DNA of 63,683 nt, the filler included, from Olpidium bornovanus S191 (Eukaryota; Fungi; Olpidiomycota): NCBI GenBank assembly GCA_017911155.1. It is 28 parts of 28 records of this genome, joined end to end, with 100 filler letters (N's around TTAATTAATTAA, not from the genome) between each part and the next. Parts side by side here need not be neighbours in the genome. Positions count along the whole stretch, not along the records: positions 47,013 to 51,615 come from JAEFCI010010523.1; positions 51,716 to 53,206 come from JAEFCI010005365.1; positions 53,307 to 55,578 come from JAEFCI010007601.1; positions 55,679 to 57,279 come from JAEFCI010009560.1; positions 57,380 to 58,639 come from JAEFCI010005454.1; positions 58,740 to 60,726 come from JAEFCI010007752.1; positions 60,827 to 62,233 come from JAEFCI010001883.1; 21 more parts are not named here. One strand, written 5' to 3'. Of this stretch, positions 50,118 through 61,152 are shown in pieces. Position 1 is the first letter of the stretch; the number at the start of each line of letters is the position of its first letter. The notes beneath the pieces are model-generated. The model was not told where the DNA came from and made no database searches. It saw nothing but the letters and a program-made list of their open reading frames with translations. The position numbers and the translations under genes are program-made.

Positions 50118-50136
50118 ATTAGGGTTAGGGTTGGGG
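50082..50136 (+). repeat. Interstitial telomeric repeat, about 9 x TTAGGG
   Basis: Six perfect units plus variants (TTTAGGG, TTAGGA, TTGGGG) in the middle of a contig. Confidence 0.9.
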
Positions 50137-51971
50137 GTAACCGGTGTGGGGGGTTTAGTACGGCCAAAAGAAGGCGCAGCGGCCCCTCCCTTTTATCCAT
50201 TGAAGAAGTTCAAAAACGAAAGCGCGCGCTTTACGGAATCCAAACGCCCGCGGAATTGAAGGGTCGTTGCGAGTGCAAATCGACGCGTCCGCGAAACAAA
50301 GGGAGCTACGGGCGCATCGAGGATCCCGTGCCGCTCCCAACGTCCCGCTTCGATCGACGTCACGCACACACGCAACGCTACCCTGCGCCCCCCGGCAACA
50401 CATCTGTCACCGACACCGTATGACAGTCCCCGCTTTGCTTTGCTCGCGGAGAAATGGAGACTGACGAGGACGAGCATGTAGCTTTCCTAACCCTTTCTCC
50501 CGGCACGGGCAATACTACGAATTGATCTTTGAGGATACACACGATCCCATCCTACCATTGTAACTTCCCTAACATGTACAGCGGTTCTGAGTGGTAAGCA
50601 CGAAGAAACGGGATCAAAAAGAATGTATTCGTCCGTGTGAGTCTCGCCTTAGCGTTGTCTCGCTTCACTTCGCTCATGGGGTTGTCTTACATCCCCCACC
50701 CGGCCCAAATAATTTTGACGGCAACACTTTTTTATTGACATTAAAAGAAAATCGTTTGGCTAAATCCCTGGAAGAAAAACCCTTCCTGTTGACAACCCCC
50801 CTCCTTCGCCCCTCTTCCTCGCGGGCCCACTGAGAGATCTAACCATTTGGGAGAGATTTTTCGGCCCAGGCAAGTTAAACGCGACCGCGTGCTTGGAATT
50901 CACGTCGTTGCAAGATTTTAGTTTGACTTTCGGCATTGAACAGTTTCAAAGGCCGCACAGTTTCGTGAGCATATGCGCAAACATCTGGTTTCTTTCACGG
51001 GCCTTTTGTGTGGAGGTGGTAAAGCTCTCGCACTTTGGGAGCTCATACGTGTAGATTTTGGAACTTCGGATCCGTCGGGAGGAGAGATAACGTTTTCCGG
51101 CCAAAGGACGCAACTCTGCAACCTTTCCTCTCCTGCTTTCGAACAAGATATCCAACAACTATCAAGCGGGGCTTCGAGAGAACATCGGCGTTTAGCTAGA
51201 CACTGCGACGGAACGTTCGCCCGGCAGCTGCCCAACGGTCGAGCGGCCCTCGAACACAACCAAACAACAGATAACACGAAATCAGTTTACAGCAATATTT
51301 TGCTCGAAAATCGATCTGCCTCAATGTGCTTCTTTCACCGATATCTTCCGGTCTACAATACACTGACTCGTTACTCGAGTGATTGGATGCCGTTTGACCA
51401 CGCAAAAACAAATCACGCGAAAAAACCAACAATCCCGTTCTTTTATTCGCAGTCAACTGGAGGGATGCAGTAGCGATACGCCGTAAACGACGGGGCGTAA
51501 GGAAAGAAGGCAAAAACAAAAAAACACTCAGATTTAGAACAAAAACAAACCTTTTTCTTTCCACACAAAAACGCGAACTTTCACTTACAATGCCGGGGGG
51601 CCACGCAATTCATGGNNNNNNNNNNNNNNNNNNNNNNNNNNNNNNNNNNNNNNNNNNNNTTAATTAATTAANNNNNNNNNNNNNNNNNNNNNNNNNNNNN
51701 NNNNNNNNNNNNNNNAATGAGGTCTGCCCGATGCCGGACGCGGCGGCCTTCCAAAACTTCGCCGGGGTGCCGTCTGAGGAACAGGTCGCTGCCGATGGTC
51801 GGTCTCGTTCTTTCCCGCCCTGGCCCCTGCGCATGTTGTCGAAAATCCCGCTGAAGCGCGAGACTCGCCGAATCGGGTGCTCAGCCGCGCCCGATCGCGT
51901 CCCGTTCCCGGCCTCGCGTCCGGCCGCCCCACACGCGCCCCAGTCACCAACCCACTCTCCCCCCTGACCAG

Positions 51972-53206
51972 CCGCCGTCAAGAAGGCAGGCTTGATTACC
52001 GGAACCTGGTTCTCGATCCAGAGAAGGCGGCGTACTATCAGGCGCTACTGGAACGGCCGCTTTCCGTCGGCGCGGGGGACGAGCGTCCGCAGCTGCCTGC
52101 CCCGGGTCCGCGGGATAGGGCGAGGGACCAAGGCAAGGACGCGGCGGCGACGCGGACGACCGGACGCACGGCCGCGGCATCGCATCACGATCGACCTCTG
52201 CTCATGCGGTTTCGCAACGCGGCCCGCCAGCAGCAGCAGCAGAAGCCGCCGCCACCACTTTCCGCAGGCCGGCAGGAATTGGCGAGTTGGCGGCAGTCCG
52301 CCGGGACGGGCGCCGAAACCTCGGGCCGACGGCCAAACGGCCTCACTCCGGCGGCCGAGCAGAAGTTGTGCCGGGGGGGGGTGTTGCAGCGCGAGCGGCT
52401 CTTTCCCGCCCGTCCTCCCCTTTTCATCTCCCCTTACTCCTTCGGTGCCACAAGCGGGACTTCCCCATCCGGGGACGCTCGGTTCTGACGAGAAATTTCT
52501 CGGCTGTTCAAAAAAAAAAGTGCCTCGGGGGACTACCTCCCGGCCGCCGTCGGCCGGCAAATTAAGCCTGCTGCCGCAAATGGACGCTCTGGATGTGAAG
52601 GCCCTGGAAACGGCGCTCAAGATCTCGAGGCCGACCAGCGCAGAAAACGTCTCGCAGCTGCTCGTGACCCAAGAGGGATTTTACGCGCAACGTGAGAAGC
52701 TGAACCAGACCCTGGTCGACGAGCTCGCGAGGTTCGTTCACGATCACCAACCCGCCGTTTTCGGCTGCGGTGATGTGAATTCGGGAAACGATTTCGCGGG
52801 GTCTTATGGCGAAATCCGCCGATTTTTGCAACTTGGCCCCCATCCCCCCACCCCCCCTCCCCTTACCCAAAAAAACAATAAAAATAAACAAAGGCTCGAT
52901 GCCGAGAGACCGACAAACTTCATGCTCAAATACAAAGCGCTTCAAGTCGGGGCTGTAAGCGATCCCAAGAGCATTTGGTGGAAACGTACAGAGCGGGGCC
53001 TTTGGGGACATTCGAGGTCTCAAATACCGCCACCCCAATTCCTTCCCCCCGCAAAGAGCTCTGTCTACGTGGACGACATCGCCAGCATGCGCCGCCGGGT
53101 CCGCCAGCAAAAGCTTGCCGAAAAGCAACGCCTAACGAGGGATCACCCTTGGTTCGAAGAGATGGTGAAAACGGTGTTTTATTGTAACGGCACGAAGACC
53201 GAACTC
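51972..53206 (+). CDS. Unknown protein, paralog A (partial)
   Basis: Spliced blocks DYRNLVLDP, KALETALKI...KLNQTLVDEL, LDAERPTNFMLKY and DDIASMRR...HPWFEEMVKTVFYCNGTK are homologous to 54204-55341. Confidence 0.75.
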
Positions 53207-54203
53207 NNNNNNNNNNNNNNNNNNNNNNNNNNNNNNNNNNNNNNNNNNNNTTAATTAATTAANNNNNNNNNNNNNNNNNNNNNNNNNNNNNNNNNNNNNN
53301 NNNNNNCCGCCCGCCAACAGCGGTCGCACTTTTTGTTTCTCGTGATCCCGTTGTTTTGGATTCGGTGATGACATCGGCCCGAGCAAAACGCGGAACGGCA
53401 GGAAGTCCGCCAGCGCGGATTCTTTGCGAACTCTCGAGAGACGTACAAATCCCTAGGCACGTCCGGCTTCGCCGTTGTCCGACCGCTGGAAACGAACGTT
53501 GCTTGTGTGACGCCCTCGCCGAATGGCACTCACCTGTTCGCCCGCGAGGCCCTTTTTCGCTTGCAAATTTGCCACCTCCAGGAGAGCCAACCACCGACTC
53601 AGAACTGCTCATGTTTGAAAGATTGGAATTGAACACGAGCATTCAAAAAAGGTACACTGGGCTGCTCCGGTCCGGATGCGTGCGTAACGAAAGCTACAAC
53701 ACAATGTCCTTCAGGCAGACGCCGTCGAAAAGTGTGGAAGGCATTGCCAAAACAAAGGACGTTGCCAATCTCAACCAGGCCATGATATCACGTACGCGCG
53801 CTGGTTGAGTTTGGTGAACGTTGAGGTCAGCTGCTGTTTCACTGAACCGCTTCCGCCGAAGAGGGAAACTCGACGATCAAAAAGGCCAGCAACGGGTGCG
53901 CGATGTTGAAATCGCGCATTCAGGCATCTCGTGCGAGGCTGTTCGCGGTCAAGGCGAGTCGCTGATTGTGGGCAAGCTCCCCAAAAAGAGCAGCGCATGG
54001 CGTCGGTCTCGGGCTTACTGGGGGAGCCATGTAGTTCGGCACTCCGTTTGGCGATGTCTGCACTTTGCTTACCGGAGGCCAGGTGAAACGTCGTTCGGCC
54101 TACGCCGCCCAAGTCTGCAGAACCCGCCGCATTCGGGGTGGGATGGCGCAGCCGGGTTTCGCCAGACCAGGTTCACGAAGTGATGGACCTCCGATCTGCC
54201 AAG

Positions 54204-55341
54204 CAGAAGAGATCGATTACCGGAATTTGGTGCTTGACCCAGCCAAGATGGCCTACTACCTGACGCTGGTCGACGGGGCTTCCCCAGAGGCCGACGCGGC
54301 GACGGCCGACCCCGCCGAGCCAATGGAGCTCCCGAAGTTGGGCAACTTCTTGGCCGCCTTCGAAGCCAGAACAGGCCCCGCCTCCGCGGCGGGCGTCTCG
54401 ACGTGCTCTCCGCCAGTGCTGCCGTCCGCGCCTGCTGCGGGTAATTTCTTTTCCCACGAAGGCTGGTCGGGAACGCTAACAGCCCGCGGAGACCAGAAGG
54501 CCAGCGCGGTCAGGCCGCCAGCCCGTACGTGCGGGTGACCTTGGGGTTTGCAGGCTGCGCCCGGTAGCCAGGACTTTTCAGGGTGCCGGCGAGCGACCCA
54601 ATCGCCTTCTGACAAAGAAAGCGGGTAATTAGCGCTCCAGAAGGCGGGGCGTCCATCCACGACTCCAAAAACGCCGAGTCTCCCGCCGCTGGAATCTGCT
54701 GAAATCAAGGCGCTGGAACAGGCGCTGAAGATCCCCAAGCCGCAAACGGCGGACTCCTTAGCGCACCTGCTGCAGGCGCAGGAAGCCTTTTACCAGAACC
54801 AGGATAAGCTAAACCAAACGCTCGTGAACGAGCTGTCCAAGTCCGTCGCGAATGATTTTACCGCATGTGTTTTGCGGCGCCGGCCGCTTGTCGTGATCTA
54901 AAGCGTGCGGTTTTCGTCATAGACTTGACGCGGAACGTCCCGTCACCTTCATGCTCAAGTACCAGGCGTTCAACGTTGTGAGTGCGAACAAGATCTAGAA
55001 AATAATGTCGCTGAATTGTTCCTCTTCTTTTGTTCGCCATTGGGGGTTTTTCTCCTCGAAGGAAACCAAACAAAAAAAAAAAAACGAACTGGAGCGCAAA
55101 ACGCGGACATTCGGGGCGTGTCTCACTTGCCGCCTACGGCTGGTTTGGGTTAGAGCACGCACTTCGTAAATGACATCGCCAGGATGCGGCGCCACGTCCG
55201 CGCCCAAAAAATCTCGGAACAGCGCCGACACATACGGGAGCATCGGTGGTTTGGGGAGATGGTCAAGTCAGTATTCTACTGCAACGGCACCAAGAGTGAG
55301 CTCTCACCGATCGAGGAGAGGCTTCTGCGCCGGATACGAAA
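54204..55341 (+). CDS. Unknown protein, paralog B (partial)
   Basis: DYRNLVLDP, KALEQALKI...KLNQTLVNEL, LDAERPVTFMLKY and NDIARMRR...HRWFGEMVKSVFYCNGTK, with the same exon layout as paralog A. Confidence 0.75.
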
Positions 55342-55678
55342 GTCCGTTTGTTCTTTCTTTATTCGGCGCGGCTGCTCCTTTTTTTTTCTCTTCCTGTTGT
55401 TCTTTCATTCCTCCCGTTTTTTGTTCTCTTTTTGTTTTCATTTTTTGCTTTCTCCACAGCCAATCGCGTGTATTTATTTATTTTTTTGCATTTTAGTTTC
55501 TGCGTTCGCAAATTTCCGTTTTTGTTTATTTATTTTTTTTTTTTTTGGTTGCCCCCGGGGAATTTTTCGTCGGCAGCCNNNNNNNNNNNNNNNNNNNNNN
55601 NNNNNNNNNNNNNNNNNNNNNNTTAATTAATTAANNNNNNNNNNNNNNNNNNNNNNNNNNNNNNNNNNNNNNNNNNNN

Positions 55679-56383
55679 GAGATGCGCTGCTCGCCGTCTC
55701 TACTCGTCAAAGAAGCCGCGGAGCTCGTCGCCCAGCCGCGGACGGGCATGAAGGCATACCCGTGCATTTTCAGCCAACCGGAGGTCGGACGAATGCTGAA
55801 ACTGGCCGTTTTTTTTCCGATGCGGTTTGCGGCATGAGGTCTGACTGAATTAGCGTGTTATCAGCCCGCTCCGAAGGAGCACTGGCCAAACCTTGTGTCG
55901 CTCCTGCATGGAATGTCCCGGCGGCTGTCCCTACACGGCCCTGTCGGCTCAGCAGAGCCGCCCCACACAGCCAATAACCAAAAGGGTGCCGCGAGCAACT
56001 ACCATTCTCCTTCTCTTGTGCGGGCTCCCTCGCAGGCGCCGGTGCTCGCGCCGCCCAGACTCTCCCGCCATGACAGCGCGGCCTCTCGACGGGTGCCACC
56101 GTCTCTCGCATCCTGTGGCGCTGCGGGTCTCGCTCAGTTCACAGTAGCAGCGCCGGCGGAGCAGCGATCGGTGGTGTACTTTTACGATTGGAAACTCGGC
56201 GTGGGATACTACCTATGTCGGGTCACGGCGCGGCTGAATATTGTGTTGATCTTTGCCGACAGGCAGCAGCACACACCCCACGGCGAAAACCGGGCGGCGG
56301 CCGTGGAGTTCCTGGCTGCCTTTGCGAGCCAACTCAGGCATGACGGCTTGTGGGCGGCCTTATCCACGGGTGTCATCGAATGA
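55679..56383 (+). CDS. KICS2: KICSTOR subunit 2 (C12orf66/DUF2003) homolog, C-terminal part
   Basis: GMKAYPCIFSQP|PAPKEHWPNLVSLL and VVYFYDWKLGVGYYLCRVTARLNIVLIF...VEFLAAFASQLR resemble KICS2 (YPAVVSLP..HWPNVIMI; YFYD.KVQSTYFL...FTIVIIF...FL.E.S..L). Confidence 0.75.
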
Positions 56384-56686
56384 CAGGCGTGCTTGCTTAC
56401 AGTTATTTGCCCGGAAGGTGACGGCACGTTACGCGTCTCCCCAGCCCGCCTGCCTTTCCTGATAGTTGTTGGCCGCTGGAACGGCGGCATTCGGCATTTC
56501 TCAGAAGCCCAACCGAACCCGGTGTGACTTCCAATGGACAGTAGTTTCCTCAAAAAAATGAGACTTGTGTTCAACAGGACAACTACTTGCTGTCGCACTT
56601 GCTGAATTCACGACATGACGCGTAGGTGCTACGATTTTCTGACACGAAACGACCGCGTGTATACATAAAGGGGCACCAGGTAGAGT

Positions 56687-57169
56687 TTACTGGGAGCTCA
56701 TCGGGTCGGCCACGCACCGAAGCATGTGGCGGATGTACCGCAGAATTCCAATATCTCTTGGCTAGTTTCGGGGACGCCAAGCATGGCCGGCAGGGGGAAG
56801 GAACGGCAGGACAATTGTAATTTACGCTCTTTTGCGTCGAAAAGCCAAACAGTCGATGAATCACGCAAACGAAAATCGGCGCGAGTACCTGATCCAGCCC
56901 GCGGCTCCGCCGCTTCTTCAGCACGTCGAGCAGCTCCTCGTGGTTGAGATAACCGTCGCCTGGTGATGACGGAAGTTTGTCAGAGGCAAGGGGTCTGGCG
57001 GCCGTTATGAGACCGAAAAGGAAGACGAGGGGATTTTTAACGGACCGTTGCAGTCGAAGATGCGATAAATTACGTTGATCTGCGTCCCGCTTAGCGACGT
57101 ATTCGTGGCGGATTTGATAGCGCGAGACAAGTCGCTAGGAGAGAAACCCTTCGGGTCGCACATGCCCGC
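56687..57169 (-). CDS. MICU1: MICU1-like mitochondrial calcium uptake protein, last three exons
   Basis: DLSRAIKSATNTSLSGTQINVIYRIFDCN|GDGYLNHEELLDVLKKRRSRGL forms a spliced EF-hand. The final exon PRDIGILRYIRHMLRCVAD resembles the MICU1 tail (PKDMGFTRL..MWKCA). Confidence 0.8.
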
Positions 57170-57414
57170 CTGAAAACCGGGCGGAAGAATGCACGTGAAC
57201 CAGGGAAAGGCCACTCCCCTGCCAAACCATCACTGCCGCAGTTGCAAGCGCCGGCCAGTTGGCACGGCGTCGCAGTTGANNNNNNNNNNNNNNNNNNNNN
57301 NNNNNNNNNNNNNNNNNNNNNNNTTAATTAATTAANNNNNNNNNNNNNNNNNNNNNNNNNNNNNNNNNNNNNNNNNNNNCCCCCCTTTTCCGGGGGGGGG
57401 GGGGGGGGGAAAAG

Positions 57415-57466
<52 letters not shown>

Positions 57467-59208
57467 TTTCCTCTTAAATGCGCTCCGGATGAGAGGGGAA
57501 AGGGCGGGTGGGGGGCGCGGGGGAGGAAGGGGGGAAATCAGGATTGAAGGTGAACGATTTTGTCGGACGGCAAACCCGCCTGCCGCCCTCTTCTTCCCCC
57601 AACCGCTTGACCGCGCGAAAAGCCCCTTTGCCGCCAGCCGTGGCCTACGTGGAAACTGAGCGGCTTACCTGGTTGCCAATTGCGCACAGCGCGTTGTGGC
57701 CGCCGACCCAACCCACGCGACGGACCACGCGGAAAGACGACGTCCCATTTCCTTTCTTCCGGAGTGTGCCAGGACCAAGGTCGTCCACATCGCAATCAGA
57801 AGCGCGGCTCACGCACACACACACACACACACGCACACATACACGCAGAAATAGAAAAGGTCAAACGCAGGTGATTTACTCCCCAGGACGACGAGTCGCG
57901 TCCCCCCTTTTGATTATTTTTTATTTTTTTTTTATTAATTACTGTGTTGTTTTGGTTTTGACTTTTGCTTTGTTATCGTTTATTGTTTTTGGTTTTTGTT
58001 TTTTGCGTCCTTTTAATTTTTTGTTTTCGTTTGTTTTATTCTGTTCGTTTTTTTTTTTGCTTTTTTATTCGCAACGTGAAATTGACGGCAGAAAGCCTGA
58101 ACCCAAGGCGAAAGGAATGCTCACAACGGGCGATGGTTGCGGGTGTATTCTTCTACCCCAGTCTAAGTCTCGTGTGAGCGCGTGAGTGTTTACACACCGC
58201 AGATGCGTGAAGCGTTGGGACGGAGGAGAGGGGCTGTTAAAAGGGCAAGTAAAGCAACGTGTGCCGAGAAAATTGAATAAATACATGACTATTGCTGTTT
58301 TCTTCCAGGCCAAATGACGTGATCTAAGGTATATATACACGGGCCCGCTACATTACTCGGTCGCATCATAGCTTTTTATACGGCATGCTCTACAGGGACG
58401 TTCACGCGCTCCAAACGTTCAATTTTCCATCTTCCCCTCCAGAAACTAGGACGCCAGCCTACGACAAAAAAATTGCAAAGTTGGATTAGTGGGCAGCAAA
58501 AGAAGCAGAAAGGCAGAACATGCACAGGAATACTAGAACCACTTGTCTCCCTTCCCTCTTCTTCACACGTACATTAGGCTCCCAGTAGACGCAGCGTACC
58601 ACGCCGGCGTGCGCCGGATCCAGCGTCTGGCAGTGCTCCNNNNNNNNNNNNNNNNNNNNNNNNNNNNNNNNNNNNNNNNNNNNTTAATTAATTAANNNNN
58701 NNNNNNNNNNNNNNNNNNNNNNNNNNNNNNNNNNNNNNNCATGGTTGCGCTACTGGCGGCGACGCCCTGCCCCTCCCCCTTCCCTTCCCACTCCCCGACC
58801 CGAAATTTCGGCAACGACGTATCGCCCGTCTCGATCACCACCGTTCGTATGGTTTTCCCGAGGGGGGGGAGGAGGGGGGGAAGGCCGGGGGGAAAAGACA
58901 ACGTTTCCATCGGAGAACGAAATCCGGGTTGGGCCCGCGTCGGCTTTTGAAGAGGGAAGGGGGGAAAGGGTGGGGGGGAGGGCAGATCTCCATCGATAAT
59001 AGATAAACCCGGCAGGTTAAAGGTTTCATTTTTTTTTCTTAGCTTTTTTTTTTTTGGGCTGTTTGAACCGCCCCCTCGCGCAAACGCAGAGCGGATCCCG
59101 CCCGCCCCTCCCCCCGCCTTCCCCGGCCGCTTCAGTCGGCTCTCGCCCGGCACGGCTCGCATTTCTGGCGTTCTACCTCGAACCCCCACGTTCCAAATCC
59201 GTCCGGCA

Positions 59209-60726
59209 ATGGCGCAGGCGATCTCCGAAGACGCCATCATCATCGGCGAGCACTTCCAGCTCGGGAAGAAGATCGGCGAAGGGAGTTTCGGCATAATCCA
59301 CGAAGGCGAGTCGGTCACAAAGGTTTTTTGGGTTCGGGTACTCTCTTCGCCCCGGGGAGAAAGAAAAGAAGGAGAAGAAGACGAAGAACAAAAAAAAAAT
59401 AAAAGAATTTGCTTGGCCGGCCGCGGAAGAATGCGCGAATGGTTGGGGCGAGCCCGCATTTCGCCCGTCAAAAAGTCCGCCTCCCCTTCCCACATCCTTC
59501 CGTCCGTCTTCCACCCCACATTTTTAAGGCGGAGGACGTCGCGCAGCTCACGCCCGAGGTTTTCCCACATCTGACTTCCCGCCCTCCGCCCTCCCCGTGT
59601 CACCCGCTTTTTTTCCCCCTCCCTGCCTTTTCTTTTTTTTTTTTTTTTTTTTTTCCCGGTCAGGGACCAACCTGGCCACAAACCAGCGGATCGCGGTCAA
59701 GCTCGAGTCGGTCAAAACCAACGACCCGCAACTTTACGACGAGTGCCGGGTGTACAGGCACCTGCAGGGCGTGCCCGGCATTCCGAACGTGCACTACTTC
59801 GGGGTCGAAGATGGGTACAACGTGCTCTGCATCGACCTGCTCGGGCCCAGCTTGGAAGACCTGTTCGACATCTGCGGCCGCCGGTTCAGCGTGAAAACCG
59901 TGGCGATGCTGGCGCGCCAGATGGTACGTGGCGCCCTCCGCCCGGGCGAATTCGACGTCTCAGGGAGACGAAGGCGGGGAGAAGGGGGGGGGGGGGGGGG
60001 GGGGGGGGGAACTCTTCGGGTGGCCGCACCGGGGCCCCAAAAGCCCCGAAGGTATCCCGCGGTAAAGCTTCTCGCTTACCCTTCGCCTGCTCCTGGCACC
60101 CGCGACCGCTCTGCGCCTGCCGCGTGCTCGGAAAAAAAAAACGTCGCGGGTTCACGTCCTTTTAGATCGCAAGAGTAAAATCCGTGCAGGACCGGAGCAT
60201 CATATACCGGGACATCAAGCCCGACAATTTTCTCATCGGACCTCCCGGAAACGACACGATGGTGCACCTCATAGATTTCGGCCTCGCAAAATTGTACCGC
60301 GACCTCCGGACGGGGAAGCACATCCCCATGGTGACGAAAAAGAACGTCACGGGGACCGCGCGCTACATGAGCGTCAACACTCACGCCGGGTGCGGTGAGT
60401 TTGTCACACGCCCGGTCGCTCGCGTGCGCGGCCCCGCCTTCCGGAGACCAAGAGGTTTCGCTCTGAAGCGGGGTGCTGATTTGGGCCCCACCCCTGCCAC
60501 CCCTTGTTCCCCCGCCTTTGAACAACAAGAGCAATCTAGAAGAGACGATCTGGAATCGCTAGGTTTTGTCTTCATGTACTTCCTTCGCGGTAAGCTGCCG
60601 TGGCAGGGCATGAACGCGGAGACGAACGCCGAGAGAAACGAGATGATCGGCGCGAAGAAGCGAGCCACGCCGATCGACGACCTGTGCGCGGGGTACCCGC
60701 AGGAGTTTGCGGATTACCTCCACTAC
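59209..60726 (+). CDS. Casein kinase 1 (CK1gamma/Yck-like), 3' truncated
   Basis: Motifs [54 protein letters not shown] and [12 protein letters not shown]. Confidence 0.96.
59306..59663 (+). other. GC-AG intron in CK1
   Basis: GAA G|GCGAGT is the donor that gives the homologous IHEG-TNL junction in the required phase 1. Nearby GT dinucleotides are in the wrong phase. Confidence 0.7.
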
Positions 60727-61152
60727 NNNNNNNNNNNNNNNNNNNNNNNNNNNNNNNNNNNNNNNNNNNNTTAATTAATTAANNNNNNNNNNNNNNNNNN
60801 NNNNNNNNNNNNNNNNNNNNNNNNNNCATGTGTTTGCGCAGTTGCGTGAACAGGAGCGACAGCTTCTTGCCCAGGCCGCAGGGGACCGGGAAGCGACACG
60901 ACGCGCACGCAGCGCAGTCGGGGCGTCCCCGGGGACGCCCATTTCCTACGCGCGGGCGGCAGAGTTGCCCCCCGGGTGGGAAGCTGTTACTCGCCGGGGG
61001 CGAGAACGCGAAGAAGATCGCCAGGGCGAGAAGTGTGGCCCCAAGAAACAGCGCCGCTGGTCATCATTACCGGTAAGTTGACCCTTATGCCCTTCAAAGG
61101 AGGGGACCTGAAAGGGTTCCTGGAAGCTTACTTCCTGGAAGCGACGCTGTTA

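Noticed and set aside
50082-50136. Telomeric tract as a telomerase RNA template
   Set aside because: Templates span about 1.5 repeats, not nine, and no supporting structure was seen.
57380-58639. Possible small ncRNA after the TATA-like GTATATATAC near 58329
   Set aside because: No snRNA, tRNA or snoRNA consensus was recognised.
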